64,000 bases of DNA, taken from an uncultured Gammaproteobacteria bacterium. Lineage in GTDB: Bacteria; Patescibacteriota; Microgenomatia; Daviesbacterales; UBA10151. Shown in pieces: positions 1 to 11,209 of this stretch. The stretch is taken from assembly GCA_964394855.1 (NCBI GenBank), contig CAYMZD010000002.1, positions 131,964 through 195,963 of the forward strand, given 5' to 3'. Both the position numbers and the translations under genes were made by a program. Every line of letters starts with the position of its first letter. Position 1 is the stretch's first letter. Under the pieces are notes generated by a model, which saw nothing but the letters and a program-made list of their open reading frames with translations, was not told the origin of the DNA and did no database searches.

Positions 1-223
1 AGCAATTGAGAGAGTTATGAGAGCCGGGGCCAAAGGGGTCAGAATAGTTTTATCTGGTAGAATCGGCGGTGCAGAAATTGCCCGAGTGGAACGAAAATCC
101 AATGGTACAATGCCGTTACATACCCTCCGCAGTGATATTGATTTTGTGGTTTATCCGGCTTTAACCAAATCTGGTTACATTGGTGTAAAAGTTTGGATTA
201 ACAAGGGGGAAGTGGAGATATAA
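1..223 (+). CDS. rpsC: 30S ribosomal protein S3, C-terminal part (truncated by window edge)
   Basis: [27 protein letters not shown] motifs; frame open back to the window start; precedes rplP. Confidence 0.95.
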   Translation, partial: AIERVMRAGAKGVRIVLSGRIGGAEIARVERKSNGTMPLHTLRSDIDFVVYPALTKSGYIGVKVWINKGEVEI

Positions 224-639
224 TGGCTTTATTAGCTCCCAAAAGGACAAAATTTAGAAAAGCTTTTAGGGGTAAAAGAGGTGGAATGGCAACCAGAAAT
301 AATAAAATTGCTTTTGGACAGTTTGGACTGAAAGCCATGGGGGTGGGATGGCTGACTTCTCGCCAAATTGAAGCAGCTAGACGAGCCATGACCAATTATA
401 CCAAAAGAGGCGGCCGAATTTGGATTAGGATTTTTCCTGATAAACCAATCACCAAACATCCGGCAGAAAGCAGGATGGGTTCAGGTAAAGGTGATGTAGA
501 AGGGTATGTGGCAGTTGTTAAGCCTGGGCAACTGATTTTTGAAATGGGAGCTGTCACACCAGTAGTAGCCAGAGAAGCTATGCGCTTGGCAGCCCACAAA
601 TTGCCGATTGAAACAAGATTTATTATCAAAGGAGAATAA
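223..639 (+). CDS. rplP: 50S ribosomal protein L16
   Basis: [24 protein letters not shown] motifs; operon position. Confidence 0.98.
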   Translation: MALLAPKRTKFRKAFRGKRGGMATRNNKIAFGQFGLKAMGVGWLTSRQIEAARRAMTNYTKRGGRIWIRIFPDKPITKHPAESRMGSGKGDVEGYVAVVKPGQLIFEMGAVTPVVAREAMRLAAHKLPIETRFIIKGE

Positions 640-640
640 A

Positions 641-862
641 GTGAAAAAACAGCAGTTAAAAGAAATAAAAACAGCAGCGGTAGCAGAACTTAAGAGTAAA
701 TTAAGGCTTTATCAAAAAGAGCTGGCTTCTTTGGTGCTGGATAAAAATAGCAAAAAATTAAAAGACATTAAGGCTGTTTATAAAAAGAGAAAAGATATAG
801 CCCAAGTGTTAACAATTTTAAGACAGAAAGAATTGTTGAAGAAGATGGAGGCTAAAGTATGA
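641..862 (+). CDS. rpmC: 50S ribosomal protein L29
   Basis: GTG start after rplP; [12 protein letters not shown] motif; position between rplP and rpsQ. Confidence 0.9.
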   Translation: MKKQQLKEIKTAAVAELKSKLRLYQKELASLVLDKNSKKLKDIKAVYKKRKDIAQVLTILRQKELLKKMEAKV

Positions 863-1206
863 TCGGACGGGTAGTTTCAACAAAAATGGCTAAAACCGCC
901 ACAGTCTTGATAGAGATGACCAAAAAGCACCCTTTGTATAAAAAAACTTATACCAGCAGTAAAAAATATCTGGTTTTAAACCCAATAGCAGTCGAAATAG
1001 GAGACATGGTGGAAATTGAAAAGATTAAACCGGTGTCAAAAAGAAAACATTGGAAAATAGTAAAAGTGGTGGGCAGGAATATTGAAGAGCTAGCAAAAGA
1101 GCAGTTAAAAGAAGCAGCTGCCAAGGAAGTAGCAGAAGTTATGGGACCAGAAAAGGAGGAGAAAGACGATGGTGCAACATCGGACAATTCTAAAAGTGGC
1201 AGATAA
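859..1206 (+). CDS. rpsQ: 30S ribosomal protein S17 with charged C-terminal extension
   Basis: [25 protein letters not shown] motifs. Confidence 0.95.
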   Translation: MIGRVVSTKMAKTATVLIEMTKKHPLYKKTYTSSKKYLVLNPIAVEIGDMVEIEKIKPVSKRKHWKIVKVVGRNIEELAKEQLKEAAAKEVAEVMGPEKEEKDDGATSDNSKSGR

Positions 1207-1537
1207 TTCAGGAGCCAAACTATTGCAGGTTATTCAACCACTGGGTGGTTCGGGTAAGAAAAAAGCATCTCTAGGTGAGATGCTAGTAGCTGTTGTCAAA
1301 CAGGCTGATCCAGAAGCCCAGGTGAAGGATGGAGAAATAGTTAGGGCAATTTTAGTGCGTAGTAGAAAAGAAAAAAGGCGGGCGGATGGTTCTTATATAA
1401 AATTTGATGATAATGCGGCGGTGATAATAGATAAGGAAGGAAATTTAAAAGCTACCAGGATTTTTGGTCCGGTAGCAAGAGAAGTAAGAGAAGCGGGATA
1501 CAATAAGATTGTGTCTTTAGCGCAGGAGGTATGGTAA
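1169..1537 (+). CDS. rplN: 50S ribosomal protein L14
   Basis: [24 protein letters not shown] motifs. Confidence 0.98.
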   Translation: MVQHRTILKVADNSGAKLLQVIQPLGGSGKKKASLGEMLVAVVKQADPEAQVKDGEIVRAILVRSRKEKRRADGSYIKFDDNAAVIIDKEGNLKATRIFGPVAREVREAGYNKIVSLAQEVW

Positions 1538-1869
1538 TGAAGATAAAAAGGGGTGATAAAGTTTTAATTTTGTTAGGGAAAAACCGTGGTAAGGAAGCCA
1601 CAGTAGAAAAGGTGTTACTAAAGCATGGTCAGGTATTGGTGCCGGGAGTGAATGTTGTTAAAAGGCATGTGGGAAAAAGAGCGACTGGGGCAGAAGGTGG
1701 CATTATTGAAATTGCTAAACCAATTGATATTTCTAATGTGGCTTTAATTTGCCCAAATTGTGGAAAAGCCACCAGAGTTAAATTTAGAAAAGATGGCGGT
1801 ATCAAATTAAGAATATGCTTAAAATGCGGAAAGGAGTTTAAAGATATAAATGTCAAGACTAAAAGATAA
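1537..1869 (+). CDS. rplX: 50S ribosomal protein L24
   Basis: [13 protein letters not shown] motif, PIDISNV; carries CxxC..CxxC. Confidence 0.95.
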   Translation: MKIKRGDKVLILLGKNRGKEATVEKVLLKHGQVLVPGVNVVKRHVGKRATGAEGGIIEIAKPIDISNVALICPNCGKATRVKFRKDGGIKLRICLKCGKEFKDINVKTKR

Positions 1870-2389
1870 ATATTTAAAAGAGGTTTTGCCAAAATTAATG
1901 ACAGAATTAAGTTTAAAAAATATATGGGCCGTGCCAAGACTTGGCAAAGTAGTAATTAATGTGGGTTTGGGGGAGGCCAAGGACAATCAGGGTATTTTAG
2001 AGAAGGTGTCAAGTTATTTGACAGCTTTATCAGGACAAAAACCACGGATAACTTCGGCTAAAAGATCTATTGCTAATTTTAAATTGAGCAAGGGTCAACC
2101 TATTGGTTTAATGGTGACACTGCGAGGTGATAAGATGTATAGCTTTTTAGATAAATTATTTAATATTGTACTTCCAAAGTTAAGAGATTTTAGGGGTATT
2201 TCCGCTGATTCTTTTGACTCATCAGGCAATTTTACCTTGGGGCTAAAAGAACAACTCATCTTTCCTGAAGTAGACTATAAAACTATTGATAAAATAAGAG
2301 GTTTGGCAGTGACAATTGTTACTTCTGGGAAAAAAGAGGAAGGTAAAAGGTTATTGGAGCTTTTAGGCATGCCGTTTAAAAAGGGGTAG
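1850..2389 (+). CDS. rplE: 50S ribosomal protein L5
   Basis: [26 protein letters not shown] motifs. Confidence 0.98.
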   Translation: MSRLKDKYLKEVLPKLMTELSLKNIWAVPRLGKVVINVGLGEAKDNQGILEKVSSYLTALSGQKPRITSAKRSIANFKLSKGQPIGLMVTLRGDKMYSFLDKLFNIVLPKLRDFRGISADSFDSSGNFTLGLKEQLIFPEVDYKTIDKIRGLAVTIVTSGKKEEGKRLLELLGMPFKKG

Positions 2390-2391
2390 TT

Positions 2392-2571
2392 ATGGCAAAA
2401 AAGAGTAATTTTGTTAAAATTAAAGTTAAATTTAAAGTCCAAGAAAAAAATCGTTGTATGCGATGTGGTAGACCGCGGGCATATCTTCGTCGATTCGGTC
2501 TGTGCAGACTTTGTTTTAGAGATTTAGCTCATCAAGGGCAATTACCCGGGGTGAGGAAAGCGAGTTGGTGA
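2392..2571 (+). CDS. rpsN: 30S ribosomal protein S14, Zn-binding type (59 aa, absent from ORF track)
   Basis: Manual translation [45 protein letters not shown]. Confidence 0.97.
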   Translation: MAKKSNFVKIKVKFKVQEKNRCMRCGRPRAYLRRFGLCRLCFRDLAHQGQLPGVRKASW

Positions 2572-2572
2572 A

Positions 2573-2953
2573 ATGGTTTCAGATCCAGTTGGTGATGTAT
2601 TAATTAGAATAAAAAATAGCTACTTAGCCTCAAAAAGTGAGGTAATTGTGCCGTATTCAAAATTAGTATTTAATATTTGCCAGATTATTTTACAGGCAGG
2701 ATACTTATCTGATGTTAAAAATGAGGATAAAGTGCTGAAGTTAACTTTAAAATACCAAAACAGAGCTCCTGTTTTAACTGATGTCAAAAGGATTTCTAAA
2801 CCAGGCTTAAGGGTTTATAAGGGGTCAAGGGTTTTGCCATATGTACAAAATGGTTTAGGAATAGCTATTATCTCCACCCCACAGGGATTAATGACTGATA
2901 AGGAAGCTCGGCAGAAAGGAGTAGGAGGCGAAATAATGGCCTTCGTTTGGTAA
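2573..2953 (+). CDS. rpsH: 30S ribosomal protein S8
   Basis: DPVGDVLIRIKN, RISKPGLRVY, ISTPQG..GGE motifs. Confidence 0.98.
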   Translation: MVSDPVGDVLIRIKNSYLASKSEVIVPYSKLVFNICQIILQAGYLSDVKNEDKVLKLTLKYQNRAPVLTDVKRISKPGLRVYKGSRVLPYVQNGLGIAIISTPQGLMTDKEARQKGVGGEIMAFVW

Positions 2954-2954
2954 T

Positions 2955-3509
2955 ATGTCAAGAATAGGTCGTTTACCAATTAATATCCCCAGTGGTGTGA
3001 CTGTAGAAAAATCAAATAGTCGTGTGGTGGTTAAAGGAGCAAATGGTCGCTTGGAAATGGATATCAGTCCTAAGATTAGTGTGGAGGTGAGTCAGGATAA
3101 AATTTTGGTAACCAGAAAAGATGATCAAAAGTTAACCCGTTCCCTGCATGGATTAACCCGTTCACTTATCTACAATATGATAGTAGGGGTAAGTGAGGGC
3201 TGGTTCAAGAAATTACAGTTGGTGGGAGTTGGTTATAAGGCTTTGCAAACAGGAGATAAATTGATATTGTCAGTTGGTTTTTCTCATCCGGTTGAAATAC
3301 AAACTCCAACTGGAGTGACCCTAGAAGTTTTTGATAACACCAATATTACAGTTTCTGGGGTCGATAAACAACTTGTTGGTCAAGTGGCTGCCAAAATTAG
3401 AAAAATTAAACCACCAGAAGTTTATAAAGGTAAAGGGATCAGATATGAGGGTGAATATATTAGAAGAAAACAAGGTAAAGCAAGTAAGGTAGGTGTTGGG
3501 GGTAAATAA
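2955..3509 (+). CDS. rplF: 50S ribosomal protein L6
   Basis: MSRIGRLP, GFSHPV, PEVYKGKGIRY motifs. Confidence 0.98.
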   Translation: MSRIGRLPINIPSGVTVEKSNSRVVVKGANGRLEMDISPKISVEVSQDKILVTRKDDQKLTRSLHGLTRSLIYNMIVGVSEGWFKKLQLVGVGYKALQTGDKLILSVGFSHPVEIQTPTGVTLEVFDNTNITVSGVDKQLVGQVAAKIRKIKPPEVYKGKGIRYEGEYIRRKQGKASKVGVGGK

Positions 3510-3512
3510 ACA

Positions 3513-3851
3513 ATGGATAAAAGTCTAAGATTAAGAAGACACAGCAGGATAAGAAAATATCTTAGGGGAACAACTACTGTTCCCAGAGTATCGGTTTTTC
3601 GGTCTGGTAAACATATCTATGTTCAAGTAGTTGATGATGTTCAAGGTAGAACCTTAGTTAGTCAGTCTGATTTAAGGTTAAAAAAGGGCACGCCCAAAAA
3701 AACAAGAGCCTATGAAGTCGGTAAAAAATTAGCAGAGAAAGCCAAAGTTAAAAAAATTACCAAAGTGGTATTTGACAGAGGTGGATTTCTGTATCATGGG
3801 AGAGTAGAAGAGCTGGCTCGGGGTTTGCGAGAAGGAGGTATTAAATTTTGA
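3513..3851 (+). CDS. rplR: 50S ribosomal protein L18
   Basis: PRVSVFRS, VVFDRGGFLYHGRV motifs. Confidence 0.98.
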   Translation: MDKSLRLRRHSRIRKYLRGTTTVPRVSVFRSGKHIYVQVVDDVQGRTLVSQSDLRLKKGTPKKTRAYEVGKKLAEKAKVKKITKVVFDRGGFLYHGRVEELARGLREGGIKF

Positions 3852-4291
3852 TGGAAGAACAAGAATTTTTTGAAAAAGTCGTTCAAGTAAATAGAGTTTC
3901 CAAAAAAACTCAAGGTGGCGATAAAAGATCGTTGTCTGTTTTGGTGGTAGCAGGTGATAAGAGAGGAAAAGTAGGTGTTGGCTTGGGTAAAGCGGCTGAT
4001 GTACAATCGGCAGTTAAAAAAGCCACCGCCTATGCTAAAAAGCACCTAATTGAGGTTCCTCTTAAGGGTAGAACTATCCCTCATCAAATTTTAATTAAAA
4101 GAGGAGCAGCTAAAGTATTACTTAAACCAGCCCCTGAAGGAAGAGGGGTTATTGCTGGCGGAGCAGTTAGAGTAGTTGTGGAGGCAGCTGGTATCCACGA
4201 TATTGTTTCCAAAATTCTGGGCACCAAAAATCAAGCCTCAAATGTTTATGCCACACTTGAAGCACTGAAGAAATTGAAAGGAGTAAGATGA
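3851..4291 (+). CDS. rpsE: 30S ribosomal protein S5
   Basis: VNRVSKKTQGG, PAPEGRGVIAGG motifs; directly followed by rplO (no rpmD). Confidence 0.98.
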   Translation: MEEQEFFEKVVQVNRVSKKTQGGDKRSLSVLVVAGDKRGKVGVGLGKAADVQSAVKKATAYAKKHLIEVPLKGRTIPHQILIKRGAAKVLLKPAPEGRGVIAGGAVRVVVEAAGIHDIVSKILGTKNQASNVYATLEALKKLKGVR

Positions 4292-4719
4292 GACTAGATG
4301 AGTTAGCAAAAATAAAAACAAAATCTCATAAACGCCTGGGGCGGGGAATTGCATCAGGAAAAGGTAAAACTGCCGCCCGGGGCAGCAAAGGACAAAAAGC
4401 AAGAGGTAAAATCCCAGCTCAATTTATTGGCGGCACCCTACCACTGTATAAAAAATTACCGCTTAAGAAAGGTCAAGGAAATAAATCAATCAAGGCGAAA
4501 GAGAAAATTTTATCTTTAGCAGATTTGCAAAGTTTTAAATCTGGGGAAGTGGTAAATTTGCAGACTCTTTTAGAACACCACTTAATCAGTCAACAAGACA
4601 TCAAAAAAGGTGTTAAAATTTTAAATAAAGGAGATGTAAAAAACGCCTTAATAGTTAAAGTGCCCATATCCAAATCGGCCAAAGAAAAAATTATTAAAGC
4701 GAAAGGAACGCTGGAGTGA
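4288..4719 (+). CDS. rplO: 50S ribosomal protein L15
   Basis: [25 protein letters not shown] motif. Confidence 0.97.
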   Translation: MRLDELAKIKTKSHKRLGRGIASGKGKTAARGSKGQKARGKIPAQFIGGTLPLYKKLPLKKGQGNKSIKAKEKILSLADLQSFKSGEVVNLQTLLEHHLISQQDIKKGVKILNKGDVKNALIVKVPISKSAKEKIIKAKGTLE

Positions 4720-6008
4720 ATACTTCAATACTATCACCCATCTTTAATGCTTTTAGAATAAAAGAACTCCGTCAAAAAATTATCATGACGGTTTTGATAG
4801 TGATTATTTTTAGAATGATTGCTCATGTTCCAGTGGGAGGAATTGATTTAGAAGCAATGCGGGCTCTTTTTCAAAGCAATCAGTTTTTAGGCCTTTTGGA
4901 TATATTTTCTGGTGGAACTTTGGCTAACTTTTCCATCATCTCCTTGGGTTTAAATCCTTATATTAATGCCTCAATTATTATGCAGCTTTTAACCATGGTC
5001 TTTCCCAAGCTAGAAGAGTTATCAAAAGAAGGAGAGATGGGTAGGCAACAGATAAATCAATATACCAGAATGTTGACAATTCCGCTGGCTCTTGTGCAAT
5101 CAATAGGAATGTTTGTCTTACTTCGCAATCAAGGAGTCTTGGGAATGACAACTCCTCTGCAGATGACGTCCATTGTGGTGGGAATGACCGCGGGTACCAT
5201 TCTTTTAATGTGGTTGGGAGAGCTCATTAGCGAATACGGTATTGGTAATGGTATATCTTTGTTGATTTTTGCTGGGATAGTAGCCAGATTGCCGGTAGTT
5301 TTGACCCAAACTGCCTCTTTGGCCGATTCAGCCCAAATGTTGAATATCTTGGTATTTGCGATACTAGGTTTGGTGGTTATTTCGGGTATAGTTTTTATCA
5401 ATGAAGCTCGTCGACAAATTACTATCCAATATGCCAGAAGATTTATTGGAGGTAGGGAATCCGGTGGATCTCAAACATATTTACCCCTCCGGGTTAATCA
5501 AGCTGGAGTGATCCCTATTATTTTTGCTGTATCTTTAGTTTTGGTACCATCTTTTGCTGGTAGCTATTTAGCTGGGACTACTAATCCACAGCTTTCATTT
5601 TTGGGTCGCTTTTTGGTAGCCAATTTTCATCCCAGCAGCTTATTTTATAATAGCGTTTATTTTTTACTGGTGGTCGGTTTTACTTATTTTTATACGGCAG
5701 TTATTTTTAATCCCACTAAAATTGCCGATGAGATTAGAAAGGTAGGAGCCTTTATTCCTGGCATTAGACCAGGTAGCTCCACCACCTCCTATCTTAACTA
5801 TATTTTAGTAAGGATTACTCTGGCTGGAGCAATTTTTTTGGGGGTGGTGGCAATTTTACCATCAATAGCCTCTCAAATTACGGGAATCACCACATTAATT
5901 TTAGGTGGGACTGGAATGTTAATTGTGGTTTCGGTCATTATGGATACTGCCAAACAGTTTGAAAGTAAATTAATTGAACGAAGTTATGAAGGGTTTTTAA
6001 AAAGATGA
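4716..6008 (+). CDS. secY: Preprotein translocase SecY
   Basis: [31 protein letters not shown] motifs; multiple TM segments. Confidence 0.98.
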   Translation: MNTSILSPIFNAFRIKELRQKIIMTVLIVIIFRMIAHVPVGGIDLEAMRALFQSNQFLGLLDIFSGGTLANFSIISLGLNPYINASIIMQLLTMVFPKLEELSKEGEMGRQQINQYTRMLTIPLALVQSIGMFVLLRNQGVLGMTTPLQMTSIVVGMTAGTILLMWLGELISEYGIGNGISLLIFAGIVARLPVVLTQTASLADSAQMLNILVFAILGLVVISGIVFINEARRQITIQYARRFIGGRESGGSQTYLPLRVNQAGVIPIIFAVSLVLVPSFAGSYLAGTTNPQLSFLGRFLVANFHPSSLFYNSVYFLLVVGFTYFYTAVIFNPTKIADEIRKVGAFIPGIRPGSSTTSYLNYILVRITLAGAIFLGVVAILPSIASQITGITTLILGGTGMLIVVSVIMDTAKQFESKLIERSYEGFLKR

Positions 6009-6544
6009 AAATACTCATCAGTGGGCCCATTGGTTCTGGTAAAACAACACAAGGGAAGCTGTTAGCTGCTTTTTTAAATATACCGCTTATTGGTACGGGT
6101 GAAGCTTTGCGCCAAATGGCAGAGGCACCAAATAGCTTGGGTGAAAAAATTAAACAGGAGCTTAAAAAGGGAGATTTAGTAGACGATAATCTGGTAGCCG
6201 AGGTTGTTAAGGAAAGAATATCTTGCGGGGATTGTCAAAATGGATTTGTCATGGATGGTTACCCTCGGGCATTTAGTCAACTTCAATTATTTGATCCAAA
6301 ATTTAACAAAGTATTTTATCTGCAAATTTTAGATGAGGAGATTATAAAAAGACTTATTAAAAGAGGCAGAAGCGATGATCAGCCAGATATTATTCAAAAA
6401 AGGTTGGCTCTTTATCATCAGCTGACTGAACCAGTACTGGCATATTTTAAAAATCAAGGGGTGCTTATAGAAATTGATGGTTTAGGAACCATCGATGAGA
6501 TTCAAAGAATGATCAGACAAAATCTAGATGAAACCAAGAAGTAA
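6005..6544 (+). CDS. adk: Adenylate kinase (short LID)
   Basis: [11 protein letters not shown]-loop, DGYPR, GRSDD motifs; follows secY. Confidence 0.93.
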   Translation: MKILISGPIGSGKTTQGKLLAAFLNIPLIGTGEALRQMAEAPNSLGEKIKQELKKGDLVDDNLVAEVVKERISCGDCQNGFVMDGYPRAFSQLQLFDPKFNKVFYLQILDEEIIKRLIKRGRSDDQPDIIQKRLALYHQLTEPVLAYFKNQGVLIEIDGLGTIDEIQRMIRQNLDETKK

Positions 6545-7283
6545 GTATGAATTGAAATTGATGCGCCAAAGCGGCAAAATCACAGCTGCTGCTTTAAAAA
6601 AAGTTTTAGATAATATCAAGGTGGGAGTGAGTGCGCTAGATCTAGATAAACTGGCAGAGAAAGAAATTAAAAAATTAGGGGGAAAGCTTTCTTTTACCAC
6701 AGTTACAGGATACAGATGGGCAAGTTGTATTACCTTTAACGAACAAGTGGTGCATGGTATACCAACCGACAGAAAGCTAAAATTAGGTGATGTAGTCAGT
6801 ATTGATTTAGGAGTAGTCTATAAGGGTTGGCATACGGATGCTGCTTGGAGTGTTTTGGTAGGAGGTAAAAGGGAAAAGTTTTTAGAGGTTGGGGAAGAGG
6901 CCTTGTGGGAGGGAATATCCCAGGCGATAGATGGGAACACAGTAGGTGATATTTCATCTGCCATCCAGCAAAAAGTTGAAGGCGAAGGTTACTCTATGGT
7001 TCGAAGTTTGGTTGGGCACGGTGTTGGCAGAAGTTTGCATGAAGAGCCAGAAATTCCCGGATATGGAATTAAAGGAACAGGGATGCTACTAAAAAAAGGT
7101 ATGACTTTGGCGATTGAGGTGATTTATACACAGGGGAAAGCAGATGTTTTATTAGAAAGTGATGGCTGGACTATTTCCTCGAGCGATGGAAGTTTGGCAG
7201 GACTTTTTGAAATGAGTGTGGCGGTGGGAAAGGAGAAAGCAGAAGTTTTAACAGCCTGGCCAAATTTAAAAATTATAGGTTGA
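6528..7283 (+). CDS. map: Methionine aminopeptidase type I
   Basis: NEQVVHGIP, DLG..HTDAA, GHGVG..LHEEP motifs. Confidence 0.96.
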   Translation: MKPRSKYELKLMRQSGKITAAALKKVLDNIKVGVSALDLDKLAEKEIKKLGGKLSFTTVTGYRWASCITFNEQVVHGIPTDRKLKLGDVVSIDLGVVYKGWHTDAAWSVLVGGKREKFLEVGEEALWEGISQAIDGNTVGDISSAIQQKVEGEGYSMVRSLVGHGVGRSLHEEPEIPGYGIKGTGMLLKKGMTLAIEVIYTQGKADVLLESDGWTISSSDGSLAGLFEMSVAVGKEKAEVLTAWPNLKIIG

Positions 7284-7317
7284 TTTTCCAGCTAAGAGTT
7301 GTTAAAATAACTTGTTT

Positions 7318-7557
7318 ATGGATGACACTATTGAGGTAGAAGGCAAAGTGGTTGAAGTTTTACCTAACACCTTATTTAGAGTAGAGATTGAAAAAAGTGA
7401 AGGCTTGCCCGAACTTATTGGGCGGATCATTTTATGTCATATTTCTGGGAAAATGAGGATGCACTATATTAGACTTTTGGCAGGCGATAGGGTCAAAGTG
7501 GAAATGTCGCCAAGGTATGATCTGGATAAAGGTAGAATCACCTTTAGATTAAAATAA
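7318..7557 (+). CDS. infA: Translation initiation factor IF-1
   Basis: [28 protein letters not shown] motifs. Confidence 0.97.
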   Translation: MDDTIEVEGKVVEVLPNTLFRVEIEKSEGLPELIGRIILCHISGKMRMHYIRLLAGDRVKVEMSPRYDLDKGRITFRLK

Positions 7558-7572
7558 GAACCTGAATATAAA

Positions 7573-7689
7573 ATGAAAGTACAGGCAAGTATAAAAAAAA
7601 GATGTAAATTTTGTAAAGTGGTCAAAAGGGAGGGCATTTTATATGTCATCTGCCCCCGTGACCCAAGGCACAAGCAAAGGCAAGGATAA
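7573..7689 (+). CDS. rpmJ: 50S ribosomal protein L36 (38 aa, absent from ORF track)
   Basis: Manual translation [38 protein letters not shown]. Confidence 0.97.
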   Translation: MKVQASIKKRCKFCKVVKREGILYVICPRDPRHKQRQG

Positions 7690-7692
7690 AAT

Positions 7693-8088
7693 ATGGCTAG
7701 AATTGCAGGAGTTGATTTACCAGAGGGAAAACGAGTAGATATCGGTTTGACCTATATTTTTGGTATAGGTCGCTCTAATGTGGTGGAAGTTTTAAAAGAG
7801 GCCAAAGTGTCATCAGCCAAAAGGATAAAGGATTTGACTGAAGAGGAAATTAATAAATTGCAAAAGGCGCTGGAGCGGTTTAAGGTGGAGGGTGATCTGC
7901 ATCAAGAGATACAGCAAAATATTAAAAGGTTAGAAGAAATTGGCAGTTACAGGGGACTTAGGCACAAGAGAGGTTTACCAGTCAGAGGGCAAAGAACCAG
8001 ATCAAATGCCAGGACTAAAAGAGGGAAAAGACAAACTGTGGGTACGGTGCGAAAAGAAGTAACGGCTAAAATGGGAGGAACTAAATAA
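7693..8088 (+). CDS. rpsM: 30S ribosomal protein S13
   Basis: [33 protein letters not shown]. Confidence 0.98.
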   Translation: MARIAGVDLPEGKRVDIGLTYIFGIGRSNVVEVLKEAKVSSAKRIKDLTEEEINKLQKALERFKVEGDLHQEIQQNIKRLEEIGSYRGLRHKRGLPVRGQRTRSNARTKRGKRQTVGTVRKEVTAKMGGTK

Positions 8089-8486
8089 TGGCTAAACAAA
8101 AAATAGCAATTAAAAGAAATAAAAAACAGACAGGAAAAACATTTACTGCGGGTAGAGTTTATGTTACTGCTACCTTTAATAATACTTTAGTGACATTGAC
8201 CGATACCACTGGTGATACTCTGTCCTGGAATTCTTCTGGTGCAGCCGGTTTTAAAGGAGCCAGGAAGGCTACTCCCTTTGCTGCTATTTCAGCGGTAGAG
8301 GTAATTGCCCAGAAAGCAAGAGAGTTGGGAATGAAGGCAGTTGAAGTATTTATCAAAGGTCCTGGTCCGGGAAGAGATGCAGCCATCAGAGCCCTAAGAG
8401 GCGCAGGTATAAATATTACCATGATTGCTGATGTCACACCCATTCCCCACAATGGTCCCAGAGCCAAAAAAAGGAGACGGGTATAA
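8088..8486 (+). CDS. rpsK: 30S ribosomal protein S11
   Basis: ATFNNT, GPGPGR, DVTPIPHNG motifs. Confidence 0.98.
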   Translation: MAKQKIAIKRNKKQTGKTFTAGRVYVTATFNNTLVTLTDTTGDTLSWNSSGAAGFKGARKATPFAAISAVEVIAQKARELGMKAVEVFIKGPGPGRDAAIRALRGAGINITMIADVTPIPHNGPRAKKRRRV

Positions 8487-9088
8487 TGGCACGTTATATT
8501 GGACCAAAAAGAAGATTATCAAGGCGAGAAGGGATGGCTTTATTTGCTAAAGATGCTAGAGCACTAGAGCGAAAAGGGATAGTTCCACCAGGTCAACACG
8601 GTTTGGGAAGACGTAGAAGAGCTTCCGAATATGGGTTGCAACTTAGAGAGAAACAAAAAGCAAAAAGATTGTTTGGTATTTTGGAGAGGCAATTTAGAAG
8701 ATATTTTAAAGAGGCAAGTAAAGTTAAAGGGGCAACAGGTAAGGCACTTCTTGAAATACTGGAAACAAGATTAGATAATGTAGTATATAGGCTGGGTTTT
8801 ACTAAAAGTCGGGCAGAAGCAAGGCAATTAGTTAGCCATGGGCATATTACAGTAGATGGCCAAAAAATTGACATCCCCTCATACAATGTTAAAGCAGGCC
8901 AAGTAGTTGCATTATCACCTAAATTAGTGGATAATATACAGGTCAAAAAGAACTTGCAGGAGGGGGTAACCTTGCCTGGGTGGCTTCAGAAGAAAGCTAT
9001 CAGTGGCAAGGTTTTAAAAATGCCCGAAAGGGAAGATATGGAACAATCGGTTGATGAACAATTAATCGTTGAGTATTATAGTCGTTAA
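8486..9088 (+). CDS. rpsD: 30S ribosomal protein S4
   Basis: PPGQHG, QLREKQK, LETRLDNVVYRLG, IVEYYSR. Confidence 0.98.
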   Translation: MARYIGPKRRLSRREGMALFAKDARALERKGIVPPGQHGLGRRRRASEYGLQLREKQKAKRLFGILERQFRRYFKEASKVKGATGKALLEILETRLDNVVYRLGFTKSRAEARQLVSHGHITVDGQKIDIPSYNVKAGQVVALSPKLVDNIQVKKNLQEGVTLPGWLQKKAISGKVLKMPEREDMEQSVDEQLIVEYYSR

Positions 9089-9095
9089 TTGATAT

Positions 9096-10001
9096 ATGTT
9101 TAAAGTTAAGAAAGAATTAGAAAAAGGAAACTTTGTGAAGTTTGTATTGGAACCTTTAGAGGCTGGTTTTGGTCATACCCTTGGTAACAGTTTAAGGAGG
9201 GTGCTTTTAACTTCTCTAGATGGAGCAGCAGTGACCTCTGTTAGAATAGAGGGGGTGGCACATCAATTTTCCACTATTGCAGGAGTAAGTGAGGATGTGA
9301 CAGAGATTCTTTTGAATATTAAAAAACTTAGAATCAAGCTGCATTCTGATAAACCAATCAAATTAACACTAAAAGTATCAGGTAAGAAAGAAGTTACCGT
9401 CAAAGATATAGAAGTTTTGGGTGACGGAGAAGTAGTTAATCTAGATCAACATATTGCTACTTTAAATAGTGCCAATGCTAAACTCAATATGGAGATGACT
9501 GCAGAAGCTGGCAAGGGTTATTCAATATCAGATGAGCGTAAATTAAATGAAATAGGTCTAATTGCTGTGGATGCGCTTTTTTCTCCAGTGTTAGATGTCA
9601 ATTATAGCATTGAATCAACCCGGGTGGGTAGAAGAACTGACTTAGACAAGCTAATTTTAGAGATTACCACTGATGGTACCATGACACCTCAAGAGTCTTT
9701 AGAAGAGGCAGCCAAAATTCTTTCCCTCTCCTTTAAACAAATCTTCGAGCCTATAGTCGAAGTGGAAGATGATGGTTTAAAAAGCCAAGGTGCAGTTTTT
9801 GATGAGGTTTTAAAGATGAGTGTAGAAGAGATTGACTTACCTGTCCGTATCACCAATGCCCTAAAAGCTATTGATATAAATACTATTGAGGATTTGATAA
9901 AAATGCCAAGAGGACAACTTTTGAAAGCCAAAAACTTAGGTACCAAATCTTTAAGTCTTATTTCAGAAAAACTTTCAGAGAGGGGGTTGTCCCTCCAGTG
10001 A
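9096..10001 (+). CDS. rpoA: RNA polymerase alpha subunit
   Basis: EPLEAGFGHTLGNSLRRVLL, DALFSPV, NLGTKS motifs. Confidence 0.98.
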   Translation: MFKVKKELEKGNFVKFVLEPLEAGFGHTLGNSLRRVLLTSLDGAAVTSVRIEGVAHQFSTIAGVSEDVTEILLNIKKLRIKLHSDKPIKLTLKVSGKKEVTVKDIEVLGDGEVVNLDQHIATLNSANAKLNMEMTAEAGKGYSISDERKLNEIGLIAVDALFSPVLDVNYSIESTRVGRRTDLDKLILEITTDGTMTPQESLEEAAKILSLSFKQIFEPIVEVEDDGLKSQGAVFDEVLKMSVEEIDLPVRITNALKAIDINTIEDLIKMPRGQLLKAKNLGTKSLSLISEKLSERGLSLQ

Positions 10002-10420
10002 GGCATAGAGTTTATGGTAGAAAACTTACGAGAAATAAAAATCAAAGAACTGCACTTTTTAAAAATTTAGTGCAAAGTTTAATTTTACACGGTAGTATTA
10101 AAACCACCGAGGCTAAAGTTAAAGCGGTCAAGGGCTTGGTTGATAAAATTATTAACCAAGCAAAAAGTCAAAACAGCAAAGTACAAACTTTTTTAACAAA
10201 CAAAGAAGTTAGGGAAAAACTGCTTAAAGAGATTATTCCCACCTTAAAAAATAGAAACTCTGGCTATACTTCTTTTGTGAGATTGGGCCCCAGAAAAGGA
10301 GATGGAGCTATGATGATGAGGATGTCTTTATTGGTCAACGAAGAAGAAAAGTTAACACCTTCCTTAAAAACTCGTGATGGACGATCTAGTAGAAACAAAA
10401 AACCAAAAACCAAAAAATGA
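9998..10420 (+). CDS. rplQ: 50S ribosomal protein L17
   Basis: MRHR..RKL, IKTTEAK, RNSGYT..RKGDGA motifs. Confidence 0.96.
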   Translation: MRHRVYGRKLTRNKNQRTALFKNLVQSLILHGSIKTTEAKVKAVKGLVDKIINQAKSQNSKVQTFLTNKEVREKLLKEIIPTLKNRNSGYTSFVRLGPRKGDGAMMMRMSLLVNEEEKLTPSLKTRDGRSSRNKKPKTKK

Positions 10421-10809
10421 GCACGGTCAGATTATCAGCTAAAGATATTAGAAGGGAAAAACATGTCATTGATGCCAATGGTAAAATTTTAGGAAGATTG
10501 GCCACAGAGGTGGCCAGGCTTTTGCAAGGAAAACACAAGACATACTTTGTGCCCTATTTGGATACAGGAGATTTGGTGGTGGTAACCAATGCTGCCAAAG
10601 TAAAAGTTAGTGGTAAAAAAGCAACTGATAAATTCTATATCCGTCATTCAGGATATCCAGGGGGTTTAAAGGAAGAAAGTTTTAACAAGCTCATCAGTAG
10701 AAGACCAGAAGTTATTATTGAACATGCAGTCAAAGGGATGTTGCCTAAAAATAAATTGGGAAGAGCTAGATTTAAAAAATTAAAAGTTTTTGCTGGGGAG
10801 GAAGAATAA
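10417..10809 (+). CDS. rplM: 50S ribosomal protein L13
   Basis: IDA..ILGRLA, HSGYPGG, AVKGMLPKN motifs. Confidence 0.97.
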   Translation: MSTVRLSAKDIRREKHVIDANGKILGRLATEVARLLQGKHKTYFVPYLDTGDLVVVTNAAKVKVSGKKATDKFYIRHSGYPGGLKEESFNKLISRRPEVIIEHAVKGMLPKNKLGRARFKKLKVFAGEEE

Positions 10810-11208
10810 GTGGCTAATTCATATAGTGTTTCTGTGGGAAGAAGAAAAGAGTCAGTAGCCAGAGTAAGGCTTTTTTCGGGCAAAGGGGAAACAATTGTTA
10901 ATGGTAAAAAAATTAATGAATATTTTCCAGGAGAAGTGGCTAAAAAAACCTATCTGAAACCCTTTGAGGTTTCCAAAACTCAAGATAAATACTTCGCCAC
11001 TGTCAAAGTTGAAGGTGGGGGAATTTCTTCTCAACTAGGCGCTGTAGTACATGGAATTGCGCGTAGTTTAGCCAAAGCTGATGCGACCCAGTACAGAAAA
11101 CCATTAAAAATAGAGGGGTTGCTGACTCGTGACCCCAGGGCAAAGGAACGACGCAAATATGGTCATGCCCATAAGGCACGGGCTATGAAGCAATCACCCA
11201 AAAGATAA
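10810..11208 (+). CDS. rpsI: 30S ribosomal protein S9
   Basis: GRRKESVARV, LLTRDPRAKERRKYG, QSPKR C-terminus. Confidence 0.98.
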   Translation: MANSYSVSVGRRKESVARVRLFSGKGETIVNGKKINEYFPGEVAKKTYLKPFEVSKTQDKYFATVKVEGGGISSQLGAVVHGIARSLAKADATQYRKPLKIEGLLTRDPRAKERRKYGHAHKARAMKQSPKR

Positions 11209-11209
11209 T

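Noticed and set aside
4285-4295. Missing rpmD (L30) between rpsE and rplO
   Set aside because: Known general trait of CPR bacteria; a taxonomic clue rather than a discovery.
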